A DNA stretch of 64,000 nucleotides from Bdellovibrionales bacterium (GCA_027317865.1 DAHVQG010000008.1:1-64000); one strand, 5' to 3'. Counted from the stretch's first letter, positions 50,250-60,160 are shown. Translations and numbers: made by a program. Notes: a model not told the origin generated them from the sequence alone.

Positions 50250-50765
50250 ATGGCGCAAGTTAAAGACAATATGATTCCATTTATGACGGCAAAAGAGCTG
50301 GACGAAACGGTTGCGACGTTAGCGAAGAAAATTGAAAAAGATTATCCGGATCAGGAAATAGTTATTATTTGCCCGCTAAAAGGCTCGTGCTTATTTGTGG
50401 CGGATCTTGTAAGAAAACTAAGCCAGCCCGTGCTTGTGGATTTTGTTCATGTGACTTCTCCAAAAGGCGAATCGGTTCGAATACTAAAAGATATTTCTCT
50501 TAATATTTCGAACAAGCATGTCTTGATTGCTGAAGAAATAATTGATGCCGGACGAACCTTGAGTTTTTTGCGCACGCGTCTGCTTGCCGCCCAACCAAAA
50601 AGTTTAAAAATCGTGGCTTTGCTTGATAAACCCGCGCGGCGCGAACTTCCAATCAAACCAGATTATGTCGGCCGCACTATTAATGATCGATTTGTCGTTG
50701 GTTACGGTATGGATTCTGAGGAGCTTGGCCGCAATTATAAAGATATATACAATTATGCCAACTAA
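50250..50765 (+). CDS. hpt: Hypoxanthine phosphoribosyltransferase
   Basis: LKGS, VLIAEEIIDAGRTL, LLDKP, FVVGYGMD. Confidence 0.88.
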   Translation: MAQVKDNMIPFMTAKELDETVATLAKKIEKDYPDQEIVIICPLKGSCLFVADLVRKLSQPVLVDFVHVTSPKGESVRILKDISLNISNKHVLIAEEIIDAGRTLSFLRTRLLAAQPKSLKIVALLDKPARRELPIKPDYVGRTINDRFVVGYGMDSEELGRNYKDIYNYAN

Positions 50766-50800
50766 CTTCTCCGTTGCGTAAAACGCTTGCCCTAAGCGAG

Positions 50801-50881
50801 TTAGCGGCTAAGTAGGGCATTCATTAAAAATAAAAGAATCACCGAAAGAACAAAGGCGGCAAGCCAGGGGCTAATTTTCAT
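50801..50881 (-). CDS. Putative 26-aa single-TM small protein
   Basis: MKISPWLAAFVLSVILLFLMNALLSR with AGGTGA SD, downstream of rimO. Confidence 0.5.
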   Translation of the reverse strand: MKISPWLAAFVLSVILLFLMNALLSR

Positions 50882-50943
50882 ACCTTATCACCTGATATTA
50901 AGACCGAACCTAATGCTATTAATTCGCCACTTTGCTTCTTGTG

Positions 50944-52332
50944 TCAAACGATTCGTCCAACAAGGTCATAATCATGGCTCGATGTGATTTTAACATTCAC
51001 TATCTCGCCTATGTTTGCACGACCATCATTAATGTAAACAAGGCCATCTATATCTGGCGCTTGCTGCGAGGTTCGCGCTTTCAATAACAACTCGGATTCG
51101 TCACTAACCCCCTCAACGATAACAGGTAAAATCCGCCCCACCATTGCCGCGTGTTTTTCGCGGCTAATCTTTCTTTGAACCGACATCAATCTTTGATACC
51201 GTCGCTCTTTTGTTGCTTCATCAATTTGACCGCTCATCGCTCCCGCTCTGGTTTGCTCTTCCGGTGAAAACTTAAAACAACCCACCCGCTCAAACTTTTG
51301 TTTTTTTATGAATTCTATAAGTTCTTCGAACTGTTCTTCAGTTTCACCCGGAAACCCGACGATGAACTGGGTGCGTATAACGGCTTCTGGTAGCGTCTCG
51401 CGAATGCGTGATATCGAGGCTTCGATCTCTTCTCTTGTCATACGTCGATTCATTGCCTTTAGAATTTGATTGTTTATGTGCTGGAGTGGCATATCGAAAT
51501 ACTTAACAAGATTTTCACGTTCGCGAATCAATTTCACCAATTCATCCGTCACGCCATCGGGGTATAAATACAGTACGCGAATCCACTTTGCGCCCGACTC
51601 GTTAGACAACGCTTTGAGAAGTTCGTACGGCGACTCTTTCGCTGGCGTTACATCGCTTGCATTTTCGCCGGCATTTTTTCTACGCAAATCCCAACCATAA
51701 TCTGTAAAGTCATGTGAGATCACAATCAGTTCTTTTGCCCCTCCTGCCACTAGAAGTTTGGCTTCAGACACAACAGCTGAAATTTTACGTGACTGAAGAT
51801 TGCCTCGAATGACTGGAATAGCGCAAAATGCGCACCGTTTTTTGCACCCCTCGGATATTTTAAGATAGGCCCTGTGGCCTTGCGAATTTACTCGCGGTGT
51901 ACTTTCTTCTTGCAAATACGTCGGCAGGTTAAAAAATCGCTTTTCTTTTGTGCCGTTTTCGCGATTTTGCAAGATCGTTGAAACATTTTGAAATGCGCCG
52001 GAGCCAATGAATAAATCCGCCTCAGGCAAGCTCTCGACAAGTTCGTCTTTATAGCGTTGGGTCAGACAGCCCGCCACAATAAGATTCTTAAGACGACCTG
52101 ATTTTTTAAGCTCGGCCATTTCTAAAATTTTCTCGATTGATTCCCGTTTTGAATCTTCGATAAATCCGCACGTGTTCACAACAACAGTTTCGGCGCGTGT
52201 CGCGTCTTCACAAACTTCATAACCGTCTTTTCGAAGTGCCCCGAGCATGATCTCGGTATCAACCAAATTTTTCGGGCACCCGAGAGAAACAAAATGTACT
52301 TTTTTATTCCTTTTTTCGTCATTTTTCGTCAT
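50944..52332 (-). CDS. rimO: Ribosomal protein S12 methylthiotransferase
   Basis: SLGCPKNLVD, NTCGFI, AYLKISEGCKKRCAFC, YLYP, TRAM domain APDIDG. Confidence 0.95.
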   Translation of the reverse strand: MTKNDEKRNKKVHFVSLGCPKNLVDTEIMLGALRKDGYEVCEDATRAETVVVNTCGFIEDSKRESIEKILEMAELKKSGRLKNLIVAGCLTQRYKDELVESLPEADLFIGSGAFQNVSTILQNRENGTKEKRFFNLPTYLQEESTPRVNSQGHRAYLKISEGCKKRCAFCAIPVIRGNLQSRKISAVVSEAKLLVAGGAKELIVISHDFTDYGWDLRRKNAGENASDVTPAKESPYELLKALSNESGAKWIRVLYLYPDGVTDELVKLIRERENLVKYFDMPLQHINNQILKAMNRRMTREEIEASISRIRETLPEAVIRTQFIVGFPGETEEQFEELIEFIKKQKFERVGCFKFSPEEQTRAGAMSGQIDEATKERRYQRLMSVQRKISREKHAAMVGRILPVIVEGVSDESELLLKARTSQQAPDIDGLVYINDGRANIGEIVNVKITSSHDYDLVGRIV

Positions 52333-52334
52333 GG

Positions 52335-53003
52335 CTAATTCATCACTGTTATTTGGGCGTTTTTTGGAGGGTGAAACTGAAACAGCGCCTTTCTTAGGCG
52401 GGCGGAGAACTGCGTCTGATAAAAGTTAAACTTAGTAAGATTACCTAAATCGTCCGTGTAGCTTAGCTCCTCAATAGACTTTTTCTGAGTATTGAGCCGG
52501 ATCTGAATAGTCTGAATTCCCTCCGCCGACTTCTTTTTCTTTTCAAGGTTGACCGTGAGCCAGCTATTACCCCGCTTTTCAGATTTTATTTTAAAAAGTC
52601 CCCACGCTTTTTCATCACCAAGAAGTAATGCAAGGGGCGCCTCGCTTTGCCTATTAATATCAGAAGATTTAATCTCTAGAACTTGCGGCCTCCCGCCAAG
52701 ACTTGCTGGGGTAGGTGTTATAACCCACATAAGTGACCGATCAAAGACCACGGTTGTCGGGTTCGGAGCTTTTAAATCAATTCGCACGCGCCCTTTAGAA
52801 AGTGAAATCTCGCCATGGCTTATCGTAGTCTGATCAAGGAGTGCAATCGTAACCGTGCGCTTAATTTCGCTCTTTATACCTGTTGCTTTTTGATAACGGC
52901 CGATAACCGTCTGGAGCAACTTGAACGACGGCAAAACCGCTCCACGAGCCGCTCCCGCGATTAAAACGGGAACGACAAAAGCGGCAAAAAGAAGTTTGTA
53001 CAT
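52335..53003 (-). CDS. lolA: LolA-family outer-membrane lipoprotein carrier
   Basis: Signal peptide; GRVRI...VVFD, PLALL, DDLGNLT, FQFHPPKNA. Confidence 0.75.
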   Translation of the reverse strand: MYKLLFAAFVVPVLIAGAARGAVLPSFKLLQTVIGRYQKATGIKSEIKRTVTIALLDQTTISHGEISLSKGRVRIDLKAPNPTTVVFDRSLMWVITPTPASLGGRPQVLEIKSSDINRQSEAPLALLLGDEKAWGLFKIKSEKRGNSWLTVNLEKKKKSAEGIQTIQIRLNTQKKSIEELSYTDDLGNLTKFNFYQTQFSARLRKALFQFHPPKNAQITVMN

Positions 53004-53036
53004 TGCTCGGCACATAGCAGAACAGGTTATATCGAA

Positions 53037-53738
53037 TCAGTTCGGCCCCCGCAAGCGAGGACGATTGAACAGTGTCCATATTTCAAAGTGTTTTGGTTTT
53101 CCGAGACTTTTATAGGCTAACAAAGCCGTGCTGCCGGTCGTGATTACGTCATCGACGAAGATATACAAGGTTTGGTCATTTGCAAGCTCGCGGCCAACTT
53201 TAAGCTCCAACGAATTTTGCGCCCACCGGCTTACCAAGGATTTGCGTTTCTGCGAGCCCTCACCGCGCCGCTTGAGACAGGGTAAAAATGATACACGCGC
53301 AAGTTTTGCAATCTGAAAAGCCAACTCTTCAGCATGGTCCGGTAGGGCTCCGCTTCGGCGCGGAGCCGGAACAATGACCCATTTACGTTTTACTGTTAGT
53401 TCTGCGCATTTTTTTAAGTGTGCTCGCAAGGCCAGCATATCCGACGCAAGCGACTCGTAAATTTGCGCCGAGCCACCGCCCTTTAAAGATGTGGCGTACT
53501 CCTGAAAAAATGGATGGTCGCGCTCATTCCATTCATAAAGAGATAGCACCGGAATGCCTTCTTGAAATCTGGCCCATTGCCGGTATTGCCTTTGGGCCGC
53601 AAACGATGCGCATCTTTGACAAAGAAACCGACAGTGTTCAGATTTTCGAAAGCAGATCGGGCAAATTCGGACATATCCGGACACTTGCTCGCTGATCCAA
53701 TGATCTAGCCCCTCTATCATTTCGCGAATACTCATCAA
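53037..53738 (-). CDS. comF: ComF-family (zinc ribbon plus PRTase-like) protein
   Basis: CPIC...CQRC; QKRK; FVDDVITTGST PRPP-binding motif. Confidence 0.75.
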   Translation of the reverse strand: MMSIREMIEGLDHWISEQVSGYVRICPICFRKSEHCRFLCQRCASFAAQRQYRQWARFQEGIPVLSLYEWNERDHPFFQEYATSLKGGGSAQIYESLASDMLALRAHLKKCAELTVKRKWVIVPAPRRSGALPDHAEELAFQIAKLARVSFLPCLKRRGEGSQKRKSLVSRWAQNSLELKVGRELANDQTLYIFVDDVITTGSTALLAYKSLGKPKHFEIWTLFNRPRLRGPN

Positions 53739-53794
53739 AGGGATACGGTAGCAAGTTTTGGGCCCAATTCCTTAGCGGGGCTTACGTATTTTAT

Positions 53795-54268
53795 TTATTC
53801 GTTGTGGTATGGGAGTCCTCGCCAGATTGTTAGGGCTCTATAGATTTGTTCTAACGCAACAACTCGAGCCAAATGATGATTAAACGTTAAGCGAGATAAG
53901 CTTACGGTCGCTAATGCGCGCCTTTTTACAGCAAGCGAAAAGCCATAAGGGCCGCCGATAGCGAAAACAAGCCGTCCACCTAATGCGATTTTTTGAACGA
54001 CAAATCGTGAAAACTCCTTAGAATCGCTAACCTCAAGGCCGCCCTCTTCGAACAAAATAAGTTTATCACTTGATTCTTTTAAAAACTTCAACAGCGCCAA
54101 CCCTTCTTCATCTCGCTTCTTATCGGCTTGCGGCCGGCCGCGAGAAGGTGAGCGAATGGCGACTTGCTCAAAAGGCAATATAGCCGAAACTTTTTGTTCG
54201 TATTCTTTGCAGGCAAGTTCGGCCCAGTTTGATGCCCGGCCCTGAAGATAAATTAGTGCAATTTTCAT
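53795..54268 (-). CDS. rlmH: 23S rRNA pseudouridine-1915 methyltransferase
   Basis: FAIGGPYGF, SLSRLTFNH, EQIYRA...PYHNE. Confidence 0.93.
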   Translation of the reverse strand: MKIALIYLQGRASNWAELACKEYEQKVSAILPFEQVAIRSPSRGRPQADKKRDEEGLALLKFLKESSDKLILFEEGGLEVSDSKEFSRFVVQKIALGGRLVFAIGGPYGFSLAVKRRALATVSLSRLTFNHHLARVVALEQIYRALTIWRGLPYHNE

Positions 54269-54274
54269 GGCCTA

Positions 54275-55384
54275 TTACTTCAGTTCAATTCGGCTGGCGC
54301 CCGCCCAAAGGTCTTCAATCCGGTATTCATTTCGAACATAGTCAAAAAAGACATGAATGATAAGATGGCCGTAGTCGACGATAACCCATCGTGATTCTTG
54401 AAGGCCTTCGGTGCTAAGCGGAAAAATATCAAAATTATCGCGCGCTTCTTTTGCGATACTTTCGCAAAGGCCACGGGTGTGGCGTGCGCTTGTTCCGGTT
54501 GCAACAACGGTGAATTCTGATGGCTGCGCGATTTGTCGAAGATCGTAAGCTTGGACATTTAGGGCCCCACGATCGATCGCGATTTTGGCACAGAATTTCG
54601 CGAATTCCCGGTAATCGTCAATCTTGCGGTCTTCGGGAGCATAAACTTTATGCTCCACAAGATAATTTGCAACGGGAGTTAAATGTTCAACACTTTCGCC
54701 GTGCCTAACCTTTCGCCGTATCTCTGACGCCGAAACATCAATGTCGTTAAGGCTCACAAAGCGAATCGTTTTATTTGTTTTAAGCTTGCCGATCGGGTAG
54801 CGAAAGCTTTTAAGTTCGTCTTGCAGCCACGCCGGCAGGCCCGATTTCGAAGTCGCAATCTCATGCCCCGGACGAGTTGTAATTATGAGATTCGACAAAG
54901 ATAAAATTTTTCTATAATCGCGCCAACGGTCAAATACATTCAATTGGTCGGCGCCCATGCAAAGATAAAATTCACATCCCGGCAAACGCGAAGTAAGTCG
55001 ACGAAGTGTTTCGGCCGTATAACTTAAGCCACCTCGTTCAATTTCATCTGTTAGAACATGAACATTCGAAAAGCGCTCTTGGTCTGACAGAGCCAGCTGT
55101 GCCATTTCAAGCCTTTGATCCCCGATCGCCGTTCGCGAATTGACCCGAAGCGGGTTCTGATTTGCGGGGATGACAAAAAATTCGTCAAATTTCAAAGCCG
55201 ACTGCAAGGTTTCGATCGAATTAAGATGGCCGTAGTGTATCGGATCAAATGTGCCGCCGAATATACCAATTTTTTTCAGCCGCGTACGCTTTTGGGCTTT
55301 TGTTTTTGCGCCTTTGGCAACACGTTTTGATGTCGTCTTTTTTGATTTAGTGTTTTTTGAAGTCGTCTTATTCGTTTTCCGCAT
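54275..55384 (-). CDS. nadD: NadD nicotinate-nucleotide adenylyltransferase fused to ribosome silencing factor RsfS
   Basis: GIFGGTFDPIHYGH, SYT, MGAD, VSASEIR; C-terminal VVATGTSARH...WVIVDYGHLIIHVF...YRIEDLW. Confidence 0.92.
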   Translation of the reverse strand: MRKTNKTTSKNTKSKKTTSKRVAKGAKTKAQKRTRLKKIGIFGGTFDPIHYGHLNSIETLQSALKFDEFFVIPANQNPLRVNSRTAIGDQRLEMAQLALSDQERFSNVHVLTDEIERGGLSYTAETLRRLTSRLPGCEFYLCMGADQLNVFDRWRDYRKILSLSNLIITTRPGHEIATSKSGLPAWLQDELKSFRYPIGKLKTNKTIRFVSLNDIDVSASEIRRKVRHGESVEHLTPVANYLVEHKVYAPEDRKIDDYREFAKFCAKIAIDRGALNVQAYDLRQIAQPSEFTVVATGTSARHTRGLCESIAKEARDNFDIFPLSTEGLQESRWVIVDYGHLIIHVFFDYVRNEYRIEDLWAGASRIELK

Positions 55385-56396
55385 TAAATACCAACTCCCC
55401 CATACGTCGAACTAATTGATTAACATTTAATCCTGTCACCGCTGAAATGGGCATCACTTCAATTTTAAGTTTTTTAAATTTCATCAATATTTTTTTGCTA
55501 TTTTCCGGAGAAAGCAAATCCATTTTGTTTAACGCTATTATTTGAGTACGCTTGGCAAGGGGACGAAATTCTGTGCGCGAGGTGAACCGTTTGTCGTATT
55601 GTTTAAGCTCAGAGTTTATGTCTTTAAAATCTTTAAGGGGATCACGCCCGCTTAAGCCGCTTGCGTCAATCATATGTACAAAAAACTTTGTGCGCTCAAT
55701 ATGGCGTAAAAACCGCGTGCCCAAACCTTGTCCTTTATGCGCTCCCTGAATAAGTCCGGGCATATCGGCTACAATAAAATTCGTCTCATCGTCGAGTCGG
55801 ACCACGCCGAGCTGTGGCACAAGCGTCGTAAAGGGATAGTCCGCTATTTTGGGTCGAGCCGCTGAGATATGCGAAATAAGCGTGGACTTACCAACATTCG
55901 GGTAACCGATAATCCCCACGTCAGCCAGAAGTTTGAGTTCCAAGTGTACGTTTGCACTCTTACCTGGCAAACCTTTTTGTGCAATATCCGGAGCTTGGTT
56001 TACGCTCGACTTATAAAATGTATTTCCTTTTCCACCCTTGCCGCCTTCAAGGAAAATAAATTCGTCGTTTATAGCAAGGTCACGAATTATGTGACCATTT
56101 AAGTTTTTAATAATCGTGCCCGGGGGCACCAAAATCACAAGATTTGCACCGTCAGCACCGGTTCTGTTTTGCGTGCGTCCGGGCTTACCGTCTTCGGCTC
56201 GATAATTTTTTTTTATTTTTAAATCAAGAAGGGAGTGAAGCCGCGGTGAAGTCTTAAAAATGACATTGCCGCCGTGGCCGCCATCGCCGCCGTCAGGCCC
56301 TCCTCGAGGAACATACTTTTCTCGGCGAAAGCTCACGCAACCCGGGCCACCTCGCCCCGAGGCTACTTCGATTGTGACTTCATCGATAAATTTCAC
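55368..56396 (-). CDS. obgE: GTPase ObgE
   Basis: FIDEV...FRREKYVPRGGPDGGDGG, GYPNVGKST, YPFTT, DMPG, NKMD. Confidence 0.97.
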   Translation of the reverse strand: MKFIDEVTIEVASGRGGPGCVSFRREKYVPRGGPDGGDGGHGGNVIFKTSPRLHSLLDLKIKKNYRAEDGKPGRTQNRTGADGANLVILVPPGTIIKNLNGHIIRDLAINDEFIFLEGGKGGKGNTFYKSSVNQAPDIAQKGLPGKSANVHLELKLLADVGIIGYPNVGKSTLISHISAARPKIADYPFTTLVPQLGVVRLDDETNFIVADMPGLIQGAHKGQGLGTRFLRHIERTKFFVHMIDASGLSGRDPLKDFKDINSELKQYDKRFTSRTEFRPLAKRTQIIALNKMDLLSPENSKKILMKFKKLKIEVMPISAVTGLNVNQLVRRMGELVFNAENE

Positions 56397-56427
56397 TGAT
56401 TGTTAGGCTCCGTGCCCTGAATCGGAT

Positions 56428-56694
56428 CTAGGCTGCCTCGGTCGCCGCGTAAACGCTAACGCGAAATTTTTGCTTATTCACGCGCTCGAATTTCACTTGG
56501 CCCGCTATGATTGAGTAAATCGTATGGTCGCGTCCCATCCGCACATTTCGACCGCTAAAAAATTTTGTCCCGCGCTGACGCACAATAATTGTGCCCGGTA
56601 ATACGTTTTGGCCGCCGAATCGTTTAACTCCAAGACGTTTACTTTCGCTATCTCGACCGTTACGTGTACTGCCTGCCGCTTTTTTTGATGCCAT
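56428..56694 (-). CDS. rpmA: 50S ribosomal protein L27
   Basis: [32 protein letters not shown]. Confidence 0.98.
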   Translation of the reverse strand: MASKKAAGSTRNGRDSESKRLGVKRFGGQNVLPGTIIVRQRGTKFFSGRNVRMGRDHTIYSIIAGQVKFERVNKQKFRVSVYAATEAA

Positions 56695-56730
56695 AACTTT
56701 ATTACCTCGTTATCAACTTGCTATACGGTT

Positions 56731-57306
56731 TTACTCGGCCGACTTCTTTGTTGTCTTACTTGCCGACTTTGCCTTCTTCGCTGCCGCGCCCGCCTTTTTA
56801 GTCGGCTTGCGGCGAGCTTTAGCGCCTGCCGCTTTTTTCTTTGCTCCCGCCGCGTGCGTTGAGCGTCGCGCCTGAGGAGCCGCCTCTTTTTTCGCCTTTG
56901 GTTCCGGATTTTCACTGAGCCGCTTTTCTAAGCGCTCGCGCTTTTTGGCCGGATCCAAAACAACCGCCTTACCGTCCGCTTCACTCACTTCACCCGTCGG
57001 GCCTTTAATCGCTTTAACAAATAATTCGGTATAATATTGCCGATGCCCGTGAAGCCTCCGGTACCCTTGACGTCTCTTTTTCTTGAAAACAATGACTTTT
57101 GGCGCGCGGCCTTGTTGCGTTACAACCATCGTGACCTTGGCGTTTTTCACCACCGGTTGGCCCACATGGATTTCGTCACCGCCAACTAATAAAACCTCGT
57201 CGATATCAAATTCTGAACCAAGTTCACGCGGCAACTTCTCGACACGAAGGGTATCACCGGGTCGCACTGTGTACTGTTTGCCGCCCGTACGAATAATCGC
57301 ATACAT
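56731..57306 (-). CDS. rplU: 50S ribosomal protein L21 with K/A-rich C-terminal extension
   Basis: MYAIIRTGGKQY, FKKKRRQGYRRLHGHRQ; GAGG SD. Confidence 0.97.
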   Translation of the reverse strand: MYAIIRTGGKQYTVRPGDTLRVEKLPRELGSEFDIDEVLLVGGDEIHVGQPVVKNAKVTMVVTQQGRAPKVIVFKKKRRQGYRRLHGHRQYYTELFVKAIKGPTGEVSEADGKAVVLDPAKKRERLEKRLSENPEPKAKKEAAPQARRSTHAAGAKKKAAGAKARRKPTKKAGAAAKKAKSASKTTKKSAE

Positions 57307-57377
57307 CTCTGAAAACCTCATATTTTAAGTTACGTCGTATGTGCCATGTTGCGTAAGTTGTGTCAATGAATAGCGGT

Positions 57378-58895
57378 TCAAATCTCGACATCAAACTGTT
57401 CAAGATGAAACGCCGGTTCGACTTTAAGCGTGACGGAATGACCAAGCGCAATTTCAATTTCTTCGAGGGCGTCCGTTTCTTCAGCGTAAATCCAATCGGC
57501 GACCTCCGAGTGACAATGCACAACAATAGGTCCACCCTTTTGACGCAGCGCTTCTCGTTCAAGCGCTCTAAAGATCTCATGGGCAACTGTCGCCTTTTGC
57601 TTAATGTATCCGCGCCCTTCGCAATAGGGGCACGGCTCGCAAAGCGAGGCGATTAAACTCGGGCGAATACGTTTTCTTGTCATCTCCACAAGGCCGAGTT
57701 CTGAAATGGGAGAAACTACGGTACGTGCGCGATCTTTTGCTAATTCTTCTTTGAAAATGCTCATCACCTTCTCGCGGTGGGCTTCTTTTTCCATATCGAT
57801 AAAATCAATAATGACTATGCCGCCGCAATTTCGAATGCGAAGTTGATGCGCAATTTCGCGAGCGGCTTCGATATTCGTAGTCACGATCGTATCTTCAAGA
57901 TCGCGCTTACCGACGAATTTACCCGTATTAACATCGATGACAACCAGCGCTTCGGCTTCATCAATAACTATATATCCACCCGATTTAAGCCAAATTCTCC
58001 GGCTAAGCGCCCGCTGAATCTCAAGATTTATATCGTATAAATCAAAAAGAGGTTTGTTCCCTTTATGCAAATAGATTCTATTTTTATATTGCGGTAAAAA
58101 CTGGGTAACAAACGCCAACACCTTTTTGTGAATACGTGGGTCGTCGACCAACACGCGCTCGACTTGTTCGTTTAAGAGATCGCGCAATGACCGGAGTTCA
58201 ACATCTATGTCGGAATGAATCACGCCAGGATTTTTTTTCTTTTCATACGCCGTTTGCACCTCTGCCCACATCCGCGTGAGATAATCGATATCTGATACAA
58301 TATCTCTTTCGGTAGCGCCTTCTCCCGCCGTGCGAACAATAATTCCACCAACGGGTTTTGCGTTTTCGACAATTTGTCGCAGGCGTTGCCTTTCTGATTC
58401 ATCTTCTATTCGCCGCGAAACCCCACAGTGATTCACGGTGGGCATATAAACCACATTTCGCCCCGCTAACGAAATATGTGTCGTAATACGCGATCCCTTT
58501 GTGCCCAGTGGATCTTTCACAACCTGGACAAGAAGAAACTGTCCGGCTTTAATCAAATCTTGAATCGGCGGATACGCGGCACTTGGCGGATCATCGGACT
58601 TTACTTCGCCGATTGGCGCGCTTTCTTGCTCTTCAGCCTCATATATGCGCTCGTCATCACTTGAAATATCGCCACGTATGTCACCAACGTACAAGAAGGC
58701 GGCTCTCGGCAGCCCGATATCAACGAAAGCGGCTTGCATCCCGGGCAAAACGCGCAGAACTTTGCCTTTAAATATCGACCCGACTATAGTTGGGGATATT
58801 TTTCGCTCAATTTTTAAGTCGACGACCAGGTGGTCTTCGACGTAGGCCACAAGAGTCTGGCTAGAATGAACGTTAATTAAGATTTCTGCGGACAT
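57378..58895 (-). CDS. rng: Ribonuclease G (Rne/Rng family)
   Basis: GKVLRVLPGMQAAFVDIG, QVVKDPLGTKG, IDVNTG, IDFIDM, EMTRKR, CPYCEGRG. Confidence 0.93.
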   Translation of the reverse strand: MSAEILINVHSSQTLVAYVEDHLVVDLKIERKISPTIVGSIFKGKVLRVLPGMQAAFVDIGLPRAAFLYVGDIRGDISSDDERIYEAEEQESAPIGEVKSDDPPSAAYPPIQDLIKAGQFLLVQVVKDPLGTKGSRITTHISLAGRNVVYMPTVNHCGVSRRIEDESERQRLRQIVENAKPVGGIIVRTAGEGATERDIVSDIDYLTRMWAEVQTAYEKKKNPGVIHSDIDVELRSLRDLLNEQVERVLVDDPRIHKKVLAFVTQFLPQYKNRIYLHKGNKPLFDLYDINLEIQRALSRRIWLKSGGYIVIDEAEALVVIDVNTGKFVGKRDLEDTIVTTNIEAAREIAHQLRIRNCGGIVIIDFIDMEKEAHREKVMSIFKEELAKDRARTVVSPISELGLVEMTRKRIRPSLIASLCEPCPYCEGRGYIKQKATVAHEIFRALEREALRQKGGPIVVHCHSEVADWIYAEETDALEEIEIALGHSVTLKVEPAFHLEQFDVEI

Positions 58896-58904
58896 ATCCG
58901 ATAA
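58878..58904 (+). promoter_or_regulatory. Putative sigma28 promoter for pilT
   Basis: TAAG-N15-TCCGATAA, ending 11 nt before the pilT ATG. Confidence 0.5.
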
Positions 58905-58915
58905 GTCTTAAGCGG

Positions 58916-60160
58916 ATGGCGCAGATAGATCAATTATTTAAAATTATGGTCGCCCAGAATGCCTCGGACTTGCATCTGAGTTCAGGCTCGCCGCCTTTTT
59001 TACGCCTTCACGGTGAAATGGTAAAACTTGATCACCCCGCACTCACCAACGAAGCCGTACAAGCGCTCGTCTTCGAAATTCTGACTGAAAAACAACGCCG
59101 CCTCTTTGTCGAGAACTGGGAGCTTGATTGCTCTTACGCGGTTCAAAATCTTGGTCGTTTTCGCTGTAACGTGTTTATGCAGCGCCGTGGAATGGGCGGC
59201 GTATTTCGCGTCATCCCAGAAAAAATAAAAACGATTCAGGAGCTCGGCCTGCCCGATATTTTAAACCGGCTTGTGCAATTCCCGCGGGGATTGATTTTGG
59301 TCACAGGTCCAACCGGCTCTGGCAAATCGACGACTTTAGCGGCCATGCTTCACACTATTAATGTGGCAGAACGCCAACACATTTTGACTATTGAAGACCC
59401 GATCGAATTTGTGCATGAAAATCGACAGTCGCTTTTTAACCAGCGCGAAGTGAGCTCGCACACCAAATCCTTTGCGAATGCATTACGGGCCGCGCTGCGC
59501 GAAGACCCCGACACGATTCTTGTGGGCGAGATGCGCGACCTTGAAACAATTGCCCTTGCCATCACGGCAGCTGAAACTGGTCACTTGGTTTTTGGCACAC
59601 TTCACACCAACTCGGCTGCTAAAACGGTCGACCGAGTCATTGATGCCTTTCCGGAGGCACAGCAAGCGCAAATTCGCGTCATGCTGTCGGAGTCTCTTCG
59701 TGCCGTAGTGGCTCAGACGCTTTTCCCCCGAGCGGATCAGCCCGGTCGTGTTGCCGCAATAGAAATACTGATCAATACCTTTGCCGTAGCAAACCTCATT
59801 CGGGAGGGTAAAACTTTTCAAATCCCCTCGATCATGCAGACAAGCGTCAGCGACGGGATGATGAGTTTTGAAATGCACCTTAAAAAACTAGTGGCCGAAG
59901 GCAAAGTGTCAAAAGAAAATGCCGACAATTTTCTCGGCAAAGCAAAGGACAACACCTCTCCGTTGGCAACTAGCGAACCGCAGAAGCCATCGGCCCCTCC
60001 GACGCGACCTTCAGCCGCACCCACAAAAGCCCCGCCTATTGCCCAACAACAAAACGCAACGGGCAGCGGTATTGTTATACATTCCGTCGAAGATTCAAAG
60101 CCCGCCACCTCAAGCGGCCTCAAAGGATTTGTTTTTGGTGGCGGCAAAAAGGTCGGCTAA
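58916..60160 (+). CDS. pilT: Type IV pilus retraction ATPase PilT with P/A/S-rich C-terminal tail
   Basis: ASDLHL, GPTGSGKSTT, TIEDPIE, LREDPD, GEMRD, AETGHLV, AVANLIRE. Confidence 0.93.
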   Translation: MAQIDQLFKIMVAQNASDLHLSSGSPPFLRLHGEMVKLDHPALTNEAVQALVFEILTEKQRRLFVENWELDCSYAVQNLGRFRCNVFMQRRGMGGVFRVIPEKIKTIQELGLPDILNRLVQFPRGLILVTGPTGSGKSTTLAAMLHTINVAERQHILTIEDPIEFVHENRQSLFNQREVSSHTKSFANALRAALREDPDTILVGEMRDLETIALAITAAETGHLVFGTLHTNSAAKTVDRVIDAFPEAQQAQIRVMLSESLRAVVAQTLFPRADQPGRVAAIEILINTFAVANLIREGKTFQIPSIMQTSVSDGMMSFEMHLKKLVAEGKVSKENADNFLGKAKDNTSPLATSEPQKPSAPPTRPSAAPTKAPPIAQQQNATGSGIVIHSVEDSKPATSSGLKGFVFGGGKKVG

